Shown: positions 10,191-21,200 of the stretch, in pieces | Layout: each line of letters starts with the position of its first letter | How positions within the stretch are numbered: position 1 is the first letter of the stretch | Assembly (NCBI RefSeq): GCF_009834535.1 | Contig: NC_045696.1 | Span: forward strand, 69,132,001 to 69,196,000 | DNA: 64,000 bases | Source of the DNA: Camelus ferus | Taxonomy: Eukaryota | Direction of reading: 5' to 3' | Made by a program: the position numbers and the translations under genes | The notes under the pieces: model-generated | What the model was told of the DNA's origin: nothing | Database searches by the model: none | The model's input: the letters and a program-made list of their open reading frames with translations, nothing else

Positions 10191-11323
10191 CTGGAGAAAG
10201 AAGTTGGCAGCTTTGCAGTTACTGGGTTGGAAGCAGCAATACGGACACTGGGACTTAATATTTATAAACATGGTTGTGAGAATAACAATAGCTTCCATTT
10301 TACAGATGAACAAATTGAGGGTTAGAAAAGTTAAGTATCTTGTCCAAGATCAAATCAGCCGATCAGTAGCAGCACTAAACTTAAACCCAGATCCTTCTGA
10401 TGGTCAAGTGTCTCTTGTGACCCCTATCGTGATGCCCCCCAATACTCAAAATGTTAATATTTCAGTGAACTCTTCCTGTTCAAGCCAAGCAGAGAGAGGC
10501 ATCGTGAAGATAAAGTTTTGCCCAGAGAGAGAGAGGGGACACAGCTCAATCTTTCTTCAAGGCAACCTCCTGAGGGAGTTGCACGGCTGTTGAATTTTTG
10601 TATATTGAACCATGTTAAGACTTACTAGTGTAAAAGGAATTCTGTGATAATTCTTTTTGAAAAAATAAATTAAAAGGGCATGGAATTTAGAGTCCACACT
10701 GATGGAATAGTCCAGCCACACTTTGACTGTGTTTCCGAGGTCAGGTCATTGAATCTCTTTGAGCCTCAGTTATTTTACTAAAACAGAAAGTATCATAATC
10801 TTTACTTCATAGTCTTGTGAGAATAAATGAGATACCATATGTACAACTTCCAGATGCTGAAGTCAATACTCGAGAGCTAAGTGTTTTGCCAAGTGTATTA
10901 CATAGACCTTATTTCATTCTGAGAAGTACCCGAAGGGATAATTCTATTATGATCTTCATTTCACAAAGGAGGAAAGCTTGACGAGGTTAAGTAACGTGCC
11001 CTCAAGACCACACACCTCGTAAGTAATTAGGTCGGGATTAAAATGCACATGTATCTGACTCCAGCGCCTCCTTTCTCTACCATGATGCCTCAGAGCCTCT
11101 TGCAAATTTCTACTTTTATATATTGAATTTATTTAAAGGAAGCTATGCCAGTAACAGGGGAAATCCTTCTCCTTTCTCTCCTCAAGAGAGCAAGCAATAA
11201 CGGAGTCCATAAGGGCAGGAAGATTCCTGATCTGCACGTCACAGTCTTCTATGAGGAACACCACTGTGTGACTGAGTCTTATATTAATTTAGAATTAATT
11301 GGAGTTTTAACAGATGACCATAC

Positions 11324-11414
11324 CAGAACTTGTGGTGCAGTTAAAGTCATTCACTCTGAGATCCTGAGATTCATCCAAACATGTTGTAGCTATCACCTTA
11401 CACTGTCCGATCAC
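11324..11414 (-). CDS. HRG: HRG exon 3
   Basis: cag|GTG...TCT G|gtatgg; VIGQCKVIATTCLDESQDLRVNDFNCTTSS; 91 nt, phase 0/1. Confidence 0.96.
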
Positions 11415-11489
11415 CTGTAAGAAAGAGGGGCCTAGGTTACTGCATCCTGCTTTCCTCAGGCTGAATATGAGCGAACAAAACAGTGAGGC

Positions 11490-12175
11490 AGCAACAGGTC
11501 CCGCTGTACAGCACAGGGAACTGTAGTCAACGACTTGAAGTAACTTGTAATGAGAAAGAACACACAAAAAATATATATATGTATGTATAACTGAATCACT
11601 ATGCTGGACACCAGAAACTAATACAATATTATAATTCCGCTATACTTCAATTAAAGAAATGTTTAAAAAAAAAACAAAACAAACAAGCTAATACCACCAA
11701 TGTTCATAGTAGCATTATTCACAAGTAACAAAAAAGTGGAAAATACACAAATGTCCATTAACAAAAGAATGGATAAACACGATATGATATGTCCATAAAA
11801 TGGAAGATTATTCTGGCATAAAAGGAATGAAGTTGACAATTGTTCCAACACAGATGAACCTTGGAAACCTTATGCTAAATGAAAGAAGGCAGACACAAAA
11901 GGCCACATGTTGTGTGATTCCGGTTACATGGAATGTCCAGAATAGGCAAATCCATGGAGGCAGAAAGCAGATTATTGGTTGCAGAGGATGGAGGGAGAGG
12001 TCAATGAAGAGGAATACTTATGGGAGGGTTTCTTTCTGGGATGGTGAAAATGGAGTGCGATTACATAGTAGTGACGGTCAAACAACTCTGTGAATATACG
12101 AAAAACCATTCAATTGTACACTTTACAAGGGTGAATTTAATGGTGTATGAACTATATCTATAAAGCTGTTTTTAT
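11490..12175 (+). mobile_element. Two adjacent L1 3'-end fragments (younger artiodactyl-type ~11490-11680, older L1MB-type ~11695-12175), HRG intron 2
   Basis: ataactgaatcactatgctggacaccagaaact with an A-tail, followed by aatgttcatagtagcattattc...tataaagctgtt. Confidence 0.75.
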
Positions 12176-12904
12176 GAGCAAATATTAAAATTTAAATTGC
12201 ATGATGTGAGAAAAAAATGAGGCAACATACTCCTACTATCCATTTAAAATTTATTTGTACTTTCTCTCACCAAATCCTCTGTCGAAACCTGTATTTTCTT
12301 AGTATGTTTCCGCGAGCTGGATGCTATAAGCATCCAAACCCTCAGGAGGACCCTGGAGAAACTGTTTAAATAGGTCACGGCCATATCCCATTTTCAAGAG
12401 GAAAAAAATGTTCACACTCCTGTGTATGTAAACGTCTTATTTTCCGGAACTGAAACCTTATGTCTGTGCTCAGTTTCATCGTGTGTCCTCCTCCTGTGGC
12501 AGAGAGCCTGGGATCCGAGTACCCACGTGCAGTGTGCAGAACAAGACCCTATTCCTCGTGCTGACTGCAACTAAGCCCTTTGGTCATTTGTGTGAGTGGG
12601 ACCAGTATTCATAGGACACAGTTAAAAGTTCATAGGTTCCTAGACGTTAGGTGATTTGTCCACGGTCTCACAGCTGGTCGTGCTATCGCAAGGGCCACAA
12701 ACCCCACTGACTTATCTTGAACTGAGTTCCCGGGGATGGCTCTCAAGAAATATTACTGAAGGTTAACAGAGTCTTCATGAGTCAAGGGCAGAAGCTGCTC
12801 TTACTCTTTTACTTGGTAGCCCCGGTGTGCGGCTGCCCTGGGCGAGCAGAACAGACAGAAGCCAAGAACGCTAAGAGGAAGAGAACTGTACCTGGTTTAC
12901 TTAC

Positions 12905-13021
12905 TATGTCAGATGGACGTCTAGAAAAATCTAGCTCACAGTCATCCCAGTGTTTCCTGCTTAGGACCGGGCAGTCAGATTCTTTCACGTCCAAGACTAA
13001 ATAATAGACCGCTATGGATTC
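12905..13021 (-). CDS. HRG: HRG exon 2
   Basis: cag|GAA...ATA|gtaagt; ESIAVYYLVLDVKESDCPVLSRKHWDDCELDFSRRPSDI; 117 nt. Confidence 0.96.
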
Positions 13022-13244
13022 CTGGGAAACGCCAAGAAAACAGTGGGTGAGTGGCACGTGGGAGCTCAGAGCTTCTTCAATAAAAACAATCTCTTTATTT
13101 CTTAAATGGAGTTCCTGCTCCTCTGCAAGTCATTGCATATGTCCTACCTTTGTGTCATTTGATCTGTTTATGTAAATAAAAAGTTCAAAGTGTTACTTCC
13201 AAATGTTCTGTTTAACTGGTCACGATGTTGCTTCTGCCCTTGAA

Positions 13245-13411
13245 TTTTTTTTTTTTTTTTGAGAGAAGGGGCTTGATTTTATTTATTTTATTTTTTGTTG
13301 ATTTTTGTGGGGGGAGGTAATTGGGTTATTTTTGGAGGAGGAACTGGGGATTGAACCCAGGCCCTCATGTATGATAAGCATGCGCTCTACCACTTGATCT
13401 ATCCCCTCCCC
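13245..13411 (-). mobile_element. tRNA-derived SINE (vic-1-like), HRG intron 1
   Basis: ctggggattgaacccagg...ctctaccacttgatctat; TSD tgcccttgaattt/tgcccatgaattt. Confidence 0.85.
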
Positions 13412-14906
13412 TTGCCCATGAATTTCCAAAAGCCGTCACTACAAAGCAGTGTTGGTTTGGACGGAGGTGTTGAAGGTACCAGCCTAGAATGTGTGATGGC
13501 AGCCACGTCGTGGCCTCCAGTCTGGGTGTGTGGTTGTATCCTCTCATGCAGCTCTATTCCTGAACTTGGATTTCTTGCCTTGATTTCAACTTGCCCAAAG
13601 CTAAATTCACCCTCTTCTCTTACAAACCAACTCCCCCCCTCAACTTCCCTTGTCTGGTCCATGACACCATTATATTTATTGCTTCTTCTTCGTCTTTAGC
13701 TTTGGCTTAGTCTTTAAAGACTGTCCGGTCACCAGACCTTAAATGGTCTTTCTTTGAAACATCTCTCGTCTTTTCTTCACTCTCATTGCCCTAATTCCCA
13801 TTGCCTGGGGCTGGTCCTCATGTCCTCGTTCCTGAACACGTGAAGTAGCTCCTAGTTTGTGTCCCTGCCACCTGCCTCCATCTCCCTAGGCACACGGTGA
13901 GCCCTCTCACCCACCCTCCAAATTCCCACTCAGAGGTAGCACTATGCCAATTCATCTGGTGACAGAGAGCCTGGAATGGGACTGATGGTCACTAAATTGT
14001 TAGCTGAATCCTGAATTCCTGCACTCTTGTTCTCTGCAACCTTTCATGCCTCTCTCTCTAACATTTTAGCAAGTATAAATGTCTCTGCTTGTCCTCTTTG
14101 GTTCCCCATGGTCTAGCCTCCCTGATTTCAGTGGTCCTACCAAAGGGTAGGTTATTTTTTGAGGCGATGGAGAGGGAGGCCTCCCTCCATAATATCCATC
14201 AAGCCCTCAAATCCACTCCAAAATGAGCATATAATTTAAGTGGAAAGAACAGGCTTGCTCTCTTCAAGATAAGCCTACAGTCTCTCTTCCAAGATGATGG
14301 CTGCTCCCAAGCTCACAGAGAACTTCTGGAGACCCCCTGCTTCTGTTCAATTGGTCCCTAACACCTTCCTTCCTGATTCCCTCCCCACACAGAGGCGGTA
14401 TGCCTGGAATTCTTCTGGGATGCCGTTACCAAGGCCATCGTCCTATTCAAATCCTGCTCATTCCTCAGGACCCAGTTGAAGCCCTCTCCCATCCCATCTT
14501 AATAGATCTCCTTTCATCAGATCATTCCAGCATCTATACCACTCACTCGGTCACTTGAAGACATCCTGTCCTACACAGTTCACCTACGTGTGCATGTGAG
14601 CCACTTAGGATTTCCTTGAGAGCAAGGCCCATGGTTTATTCTAATCTTTCTCTTTTAAGGGCTTAGCATTTGATTGGGCTCCACAGAAGTGCTTATAAGT
14701 ACTTATAGGCTGGTTCAGAGTTAAGGAAATACTAATGCCAAACATTAGTTTGAGGGGGAAAAGAACAGTTAGAGCAACTCGGAAATGAAACAGACAGCCC
14801 TGACCAAAGCCAGTCCACTGTGCAAAGCGACAGGCTCGGGGACCAGAATCATATTTGCCCCTGGTACGTCACCTCCCACTCAGCTCTGCCAGGGGCCATT
14901 CCTCAC

Positions 14907-15098
14907 CGCTTTGTCCAAGTGGGCATCAGCGACCCGCAGCAACTGGAAGAGGTAACCATCCCGTCGTCCTTTATTGATCAGGTCTAGAGCCTTCCGAGCC
15001 ACAGGCTCAGCATCATTGCAGTCTGTGGGACTCACAGCGGAGGAACACCGCAGAGTGACCAGCAGGACCAAAGGCAGTGCTGCAGGGAGTAACTTCAT
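14907..15098 (-). CDS. HRG: HRG exon 1 (signal peptide and start of cystatin domain N1)
   Basis: ATG at 15098; MKLLPAALPLVLLVTLRCSSAVSPTDCNDAEPVARKALDLINKGRRDGYLFQLLRVADAHLDKA|gtgagg; the 7 exons sum to 1527 nt = 508 aa plus stop. Confidence 0.96.
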
Positions 15099-15150
15099 GT
15101 TGTTAAAATGGGAAAACCATCCCTTGCTCTGCGATACCACAGCAGAGATG

Positions 15151-15288
15151 TTTATACAGATTTTCCAAAACACACACACACACACACAATTGTTTAAACA
15201 AAGTATTTCAACATTTTTGTTGTATAACCGGGGATGTTCACCTTGACCCCTGGTTAAAGTATCTGTCAACATGCTGTGAATGATTACT
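15151..15288 (-). promoter_or_regulatory. HRG proximal promoter (TATA, (TG)9, FOXA-like, nuclear-receptor-like, HNF1-like motifs)
   Basis: TATAAA on minus strand 15151-15156, ~53 nt upstream of the ATG; CA repeat 15170-15188; TGTTTAAAC 15191-15199; GGGTCAAGGTGA on minus strand ~15238-15249; GTGAATGATTACT 15276-15288. Motif matches only. Confidence 0.5.
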
Positions 15289-16217
15289 AGGTCCTGGGAA
15301 CAGAAAGGTGAGACATGCCACCGGGGAGTGGCTAAAACTGGGATCTGCACCGATCTGGATGTTTCTAGTAGGTAGCAGATCCAAAGTGTGTTTTTGACCA
15401 CAAGCACTGCCTACATTAGTGTGGGAGGTGGAGTTAGAAATAATTTTCCTTCATCTGCCAACCAGAAATTTCCACCATCATTCTGCTCTTTGGACTGTGG
15501 CACTGAAAGTCCTTGGTAGAATGTAGCTGCGTTATTTAAGGGAGGTAACATGTTAAATGGTTAACACTGTCAGAGGAACTGAGTTCAGGGGGAATAAAAT
15601 GATGACAATAAATGTGGCTTTGAAGTCAGATCTGAATTTCAACCGTGGGTCTGTTACTCTTAACTGTGTGAGGCTGAGTAAGCTATAAAACTTCTCTGAT
15701 TCTTAGCTTCCTCATTTATAAAACAGGGATTAATATCTCTTGGCAAGATTGTGGGGTCATTCAGTAAGAAAACACATATAAAGTAACCAATACAAATCTT
15801 CGTACAGATTCAGGTGCTAAACAAATAATGCTGTTTTATTATTATAATTAGTGTGCCTGAGAAGAAGTTGAGGACACACTTATGTCACTGCAGCTTTTTG
15901 TGACCCTTAAAGCATATGAAAGAGAATTACTTCACATGGAAGACGGTGGTGAGGGTAGGAGTCAAGTCGTTTGAGGCCCATCCCAGAGAAGGGGTTGGGG
16001 GAGGGGCTCAGCACTGAGCGACAGGGCTGGGGTTAAGCTGATCCCCCACCTCCTCCTCTCCTAAAACACCAATACAGCTGCAAGGACCCCTCATACCAGC
16101 AAAGCCCAGTGATACCAGAAAGGGCCAGTGGGAATCAGCCCAATTGTCTCCTCACTACCAGGGATTTAAGCAGCATCTGCCTTCTCCCCAGTTTCTTCTC
16201 TGCAATGAGTATATGGC

Positions 16218-16317
16218 GGGGGTTTGGTATAGCTCAGTGGTAAAGCATGGGCTTAGCATGCATGAGGTTCTGGGTTCGATTCCCAGTACCTCCATTAAAA
16301 AAATTTTTTTTTTTTTA
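16218..16317 (+). mobile_element. tRNA-derived SINE (vic-1-like)
   Basis: ggtatagctcagtggtaaag...gggttcgattcccagtacctcc; approximate TSD gagtatatgg/aagtctatgg. Confidence 0.85.
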
Positions 16318-16324
16318 AGTCTAT

Positions 16325-16492
16325 GGTAATAGTTCTCAGCCTTGGAGTCATACTGGAATCATCTGAGGAGCTTTTCAAAATCTTTATGTTCAGGTCTCCC
16401 CAGAGCAATTAAATCAGGATCTCAGGGGGTGGACCCAGGTATTGGTAGTTTTTCCAACGTGCAGCCAAGGCTGGGAATTAGTGGGGCTCTAG
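16325..16492. mobile_element. hAT-Charlie MITE (MER5-like)
   Basis: agttctcagccttggagtcatactggaatcatctgaggagctttt...gcagccaaggctgggaa pattern. Confidence 0.6.
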
Positions 16493-17227
16493 ATAGAACC
16501 TGAAGGGAGGAGAAGAGTTTGAGCAAGAAGCCAGTGGGGAGGGCTGTAGGAAAAGCAGACCTCACTTCCCCTAGTCACAGGCTGGTATAGCAAGTGTTCA
16601 AATGTGGGAAAAACCTATTTTGACTTGTAGTTTGAAATTGAACTTTTAGTATTAGTAACACTAGCTTTTAAGTAACCAAACAGGATGGCTTCAGTGTAAT
16701 TTCGAATGCCAGGAACAGTATGGAATCTGGCCAAGATGTTACTACGGGGCTTTAACCCAGGGGGCGCAGGGGTAAGCCGTTAATCAGAACCAAAGTGTTT
16801 TATGTTTCAATGAGTTGACCTCCTTAATTGGGCCTTTCTATTATTGCTATCCCCCATATGGAGTGCCCTGGGTAAGCCAAATGCTACTGGAGGGAAAGAG
16901 AATGGAATGCTGAGGGGATGGGGAAAGGCACCAGTGGTGAGAATCAGCTTCTATACACTGTCTGGCTGAGACCGAGGGGTATTCATGAAAGCCATGCATC
17001 CTCTTCCCTTTACGCTGTGTTTCTTGCTAGATCCTGGTTGAAAGAGGGTCTAAGACTCCATATGGCACCCCCTACTTAATCATGTTTCCTTCTTACAGGG
17101 GGCAGAGGAGAGTACTAGAGTGTGAATATTGTCTACCGCTCTTACACAAGTTATACCAAGGCGTGTGTGCCTCTTCTGAGAACCAGCTGCCAGGAGGGCA
17201 GACAACAGTTACCTCTGCAAGCTCCCT

Positions 17228-17755
17228 GCTGTATGCGTTTGCTGGGGCTTCCAAAACAAAGCGAACCGGGTGGCTTCAACAACAGAAGTTAATTTCCTCA
17301 CAGCTCTAGAAACTGAAAGTCCGAGATCAAGGTGTCAGAGGACTGGCGTTTTCTGAGGCCTTGCTCCTTGGCATGTCCATGGCCATCTTCTCTCTGTGTC
17401 CCCACATGATTTCCCCTCTGTGCTAGCCTGTATCCTTCTCTCTTCTTATAAGGATGTGTGTCATACTGACTTAGGCATTTTAACCTAATCACCTCTTTAT
17501 AGACCGTAACCCCAAGGTGGGGAGGGTGTAGCGCAAATGGTAGAGTGCGTGCTTAGCATGCACAAGGTCCTGGGTTCAATCCCCAGTACCTCCTCTAAAA
17601 AATTAATAAGTAAACCTAATTACCTCCTCCCCACTGCCAAGAAGAGAAAAATCAGTTAAAAAAAAAAAAGACCCTGTCTCCAATACAGTCACCTTCTGAG
17701 GTTCTAGGGATCAGGAGTATGAGAACATTGAGGGGACACAATACAGCCCACAACA
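17228..17755 (-). mobile_element. MaLR (MLT1-type) LTR interrupted by a SINE
   Basis: caacagaagttaatttcctcacagctctagaaactgaaagtccgagatcaaggtgtcag...ggggacacaatacagcccacaaca. Confidence 0.75.
17518..17669 (+). mobile_element. tRNA-derived SINE (vic-1-like) nested in the MLT1 LTR
   Basis: ggggagggtgtagcgcaaatggtagagtgcgtgcttagcatgcacaaggtcctgggttcaatccccagtacctcc plus tail. Confidence 0.85.
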
Positions 17756-18231
17756 CCTGTCAAACTTCAAAAGATATGTATGTCTGTGTATGTATCTATA
17801 TACATACATATGCATGTGTGTATATATGTGATGTACATACATATTATATATCTTATATAATTTTTAAGTGAAAAATTGGGAATATGTGTTATCTGGGCCC
17901 TTAATTTCTGCTCTGAGAAAAACTTTTAAAGGAGTCAGAGAGTTCCCAAACTTGGAACAACATTTAGTTCTCCCCAGGTTTAACCACAGGCTACAGGCAA
18001 ATGTCACTTCCACCTACCCCATCACCGAGTTTATCAAGTTCTGGGGCTTGGAGACTATTCAGGCGGGTAAGAAAAAAAAATTCCTCCTACAAGTTGAAGG
18101 TTATATAGGCAGTATCTGACCAATACTTGGTGTTGAAATAATTATGGTATAAAGGGAGAGTGAAACTCTCCTGACTCCCAAACCTTCAATTTTCATCTTA
18201 TTTGATCAAAAGAATCACAGTGTTTGCCCAA

Positions 18232-21200
18232 TGTGAAAAATTAACAGAAATCTGTTACATAGGGTTGGGAGACTAGAAGGGGGAGCTCTCACCTGTGACA
18301 TTTAGAACCCAAACAGGAAAAGAAAGACTTCTTTCCTTCCATTGTGCAGAACTTTTGAAATTCACAAACTTAATTTCCTTAAAACTGAACTGGATTACAA
18401 TAGCTCAAACATTTCCAGAACTGAGTGGAATGTTTTTTTTCGATTGGTATTTTGAGGCTTCCCAACTGTTATCAGGAGTCTAAAATTGCCTCTCTGCAAA
18501 ATTAGATTTTAAGATTAACTGAGGTAAACAAATGATGAAAGAAACATAAACTGGCTCCTGAAGCCCGAGGCTCTTCTCCCTCGGCTTCGTCATCTCAGCC
18601 TCTGCCTCTGTCTCCTTCTTCCTTTCCTTCTACAGTGCACGTGCCTCCACTGTACCCTCCAACCCTTCCCACCAATTCTCCCATCAAACTTCCCCCGTTC
18701 TCTGAAACTCTCCCCACTCCCTTTTCCTCTGAACTTGACAGAATCTGTCTTTCTAAAATTAAGCCTTCTGAGGATCCAGAGGCTAAACCCTTAATTTCTT
18801 ATATTCCCTGGACTACTGCTGATCTGTGAGCCATAGTCAAAGGCTTTACCCAAGTAACCAAAGATCCTCTCAGATTTGCTGAGGAATTTAATATAGTCAT
18901 TCAAACTTATCAACCTGCTTTCTCAGACTTACATCAGCTAGTTCATACGATTGCCCGCAAGGGCTAGGCCCAGCATTAGATGAAAACTGCTAATTGGAAA
19001 GTCCTGAAATGTCTCTAGAGTTACAGCCGGGAGACCAGCCCGCTAATTTACTATCTGATCAGGCAATCACTAGGTGGTTTCATTAAGCAATTCCTGGTGC
19101 TTTTCCAAAGCCTGCTGATTGGAACAAAATTCAGGCTTGCACACAAAACTTTGGTGAACCTGTCCACTGACTATTACAGTAGACTTCAGATTGTTTTTAA
19201 AGAAAACTCTGGTCTTCCTTCAGATGTTGATTCCACCCAGGTAGCTTTTAACTCTCTGTTTATTAATGGGCTGAGCCAGGACCTTCCCCTTCTAGTAAAA
19301 AGGACCGGATAGAAGGCAAAACTGTGTCTGCTGAGAGTTAGTGAATCTGGTAAACCAGCTCTCTGGTGCTCCAAATGAGCCACCTCCAAGGAAGACAGCC
19401 AAATCTTAATCTTCAACTCCAGCAAATAAGCTTCTAAACAAACCTCAAACCCGCCTACATTGTGCTATTATTGCAAAGAGCCAGGACACTGGAGAAGAGA
19501 TTGTTACAAATTTAGTGCTTTAGGTGCCTTCAGCCTCTAACCAGCCTTTCTAACATCCTCCCAATTCTCAGTGATGGAGCGCTGAGGAATTACAGGGACT
19601 CTTCCAATCCTCCCTCTTAATTGCCCTGGAGAAACATTTCTCCAGATTGGGGATGAACCTTTTCTAGTCCTAAGTGACACTAGAGCCATACTCTTTGTGC
19701 TCAACCCCCAATACTATAAACAGGCCCTGCTTGGAGTACTAAAACTGTTCAATAATGGGGACTCTCCAACCAACCTCAGGGGGTTCCTGTCTCTGAGCTC
19801 ATTCCATTTTGTTTAGGCCTTTTGAGAGATCCCCACACTCTTCTCCTTAGTTCCTCTGCCCTTATTTAGTTATTAGGCTGAGACTTCTTAGAGAAGTCTC
19901 ATGCCTGAATGTCTTTCTCCCCAAAGTGGGAACTAATTCTAGAAAATTGACAGTCATTGTCAAAGTAACCCACCAGGTGAATTAAATGATCCTTTGACAT
20001 CTTTGATTTGTTCCATCTCTGACAGTTCTAGAGCAGATTCTGGAAACACTGATCATGTGTCCCTAATGAACCAGCTACCACTTCCCTTGGGCAAAATCTG
20101 TAACTGATGATGACACAATTCACGGTGTACTTCCCATCAAGATTCAAATAGATCCCTTAAAATCTCCTCCCGAAATTAATTGATACCATAATAGTAAAGA
20201 AGCCCTTCAAGGCTAAAGCCCATAATAGAAGATTACAAGTCTCGTAACATCATGTTCCCTTGTACTAGTTCCTGTAATGCTCCCATTTTACCAGTGAGAA
20301 AACCTAAGGTCCGAGGGTGGAGATTTGTCCACGACCTCTGAGCAAATAAACAGCATGGATACCCCTCATACATTACTAACAGCCATTCCCACTGGAAGTA
20401 TTTTTTACTATAATCAATTTATGCAGTGCATTCTTTAGTATTCCAGTCGATGAAGCTAGCCAATACTTTTTTGTCTTTACTTGGGAAGAAAAACAATTCA
20501 CCTGTACAGTCATGCCTCAGGGTTATATTGAGAGTCCTTCTTAATCCTCGCAAATCCAGAAGACTGAGCTGGATGATATAAATTCTCTAGAGGTTCTGCT
20601 CTGCTGCAATATGTGGATGATTTGCTTCTTTCCTCTCCTTCTCAAGCCTCCTCACAGGAAGACAGCATCCACTTGCTAAAGCTTTTAGCCTTAAAGGGAC
20701 ATCAGGTCCTCTAAAGAAAAATTGCAGTTTGTCCAAAACCAGGTTTGACATTTAGGTCATCTGGTATCAGAACAAGGGCTACACTTAGATCCAGATAAGA
20801 CTTCACGGTGTCCCAAGGTCCCCCAAACCCCAAACTAAGGGCCAGCTGTGAGGTTTTTTTTTCACGTTAGTTGGTTATTACTGAAATTGGATTCCATATT
20901 TCTCTCTTATGGCCAAACCTCGGTGTTTTACTCAATAATAACAACCCCAATCCAATTTTATGGAAGGAACTGGAGAACATAGCCTTCAAGGTCTTTAAAG
21001 GAGAATTTGATTAACTCATTTACCTTTGGGCATCCCAATTATCAGTTTCATTTTTCTCTTTTTGTATATTGAAGAGGAAGGGAATGCCTTGGGGTCTTCA
21101 CCAAAAACAAAGGAACCAGTAATCAGCCCATAGGGTATCACAGTCAGCAACTGGACCCTGTGACACAGGGATTCACCCTTGCCTGAGAGCAATTAAAGCC

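Noticed and set aside
10045..10593. 182-aa plus-strand ORF antisense to HRG exon 4
   Set aside because: It is made of antisense exon sequence plus MIR-like sequence and encodes no recognisable protein.
14880..15407. Upstream in-frame extension of HRG exon 1 (175-aa ORF), and similar extensions of AHSG exons 2, 3, 5 and 7
   Set aside because: The extensions run through promoter or intron sequence (TATA, TG repeat, polypyrimidine tracts). Homology starts at the ATG or acceptors listed.
17518..17595. tRNA-Ala(AGC)-like sequence (and ten similar heads elsewhere)
   Set aside because: Each copy is followed by a shared SINE body or A-tail, most are flanked by TSDs, and stem pairing is degraded. 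These are SINEs, not tRNA genes.
16700..18230. Sequence flanking the MLT1 that might be further old retroelement-internal DNA
   Set aside because: I could read no diagnostic motif; it needs a Dfam search.
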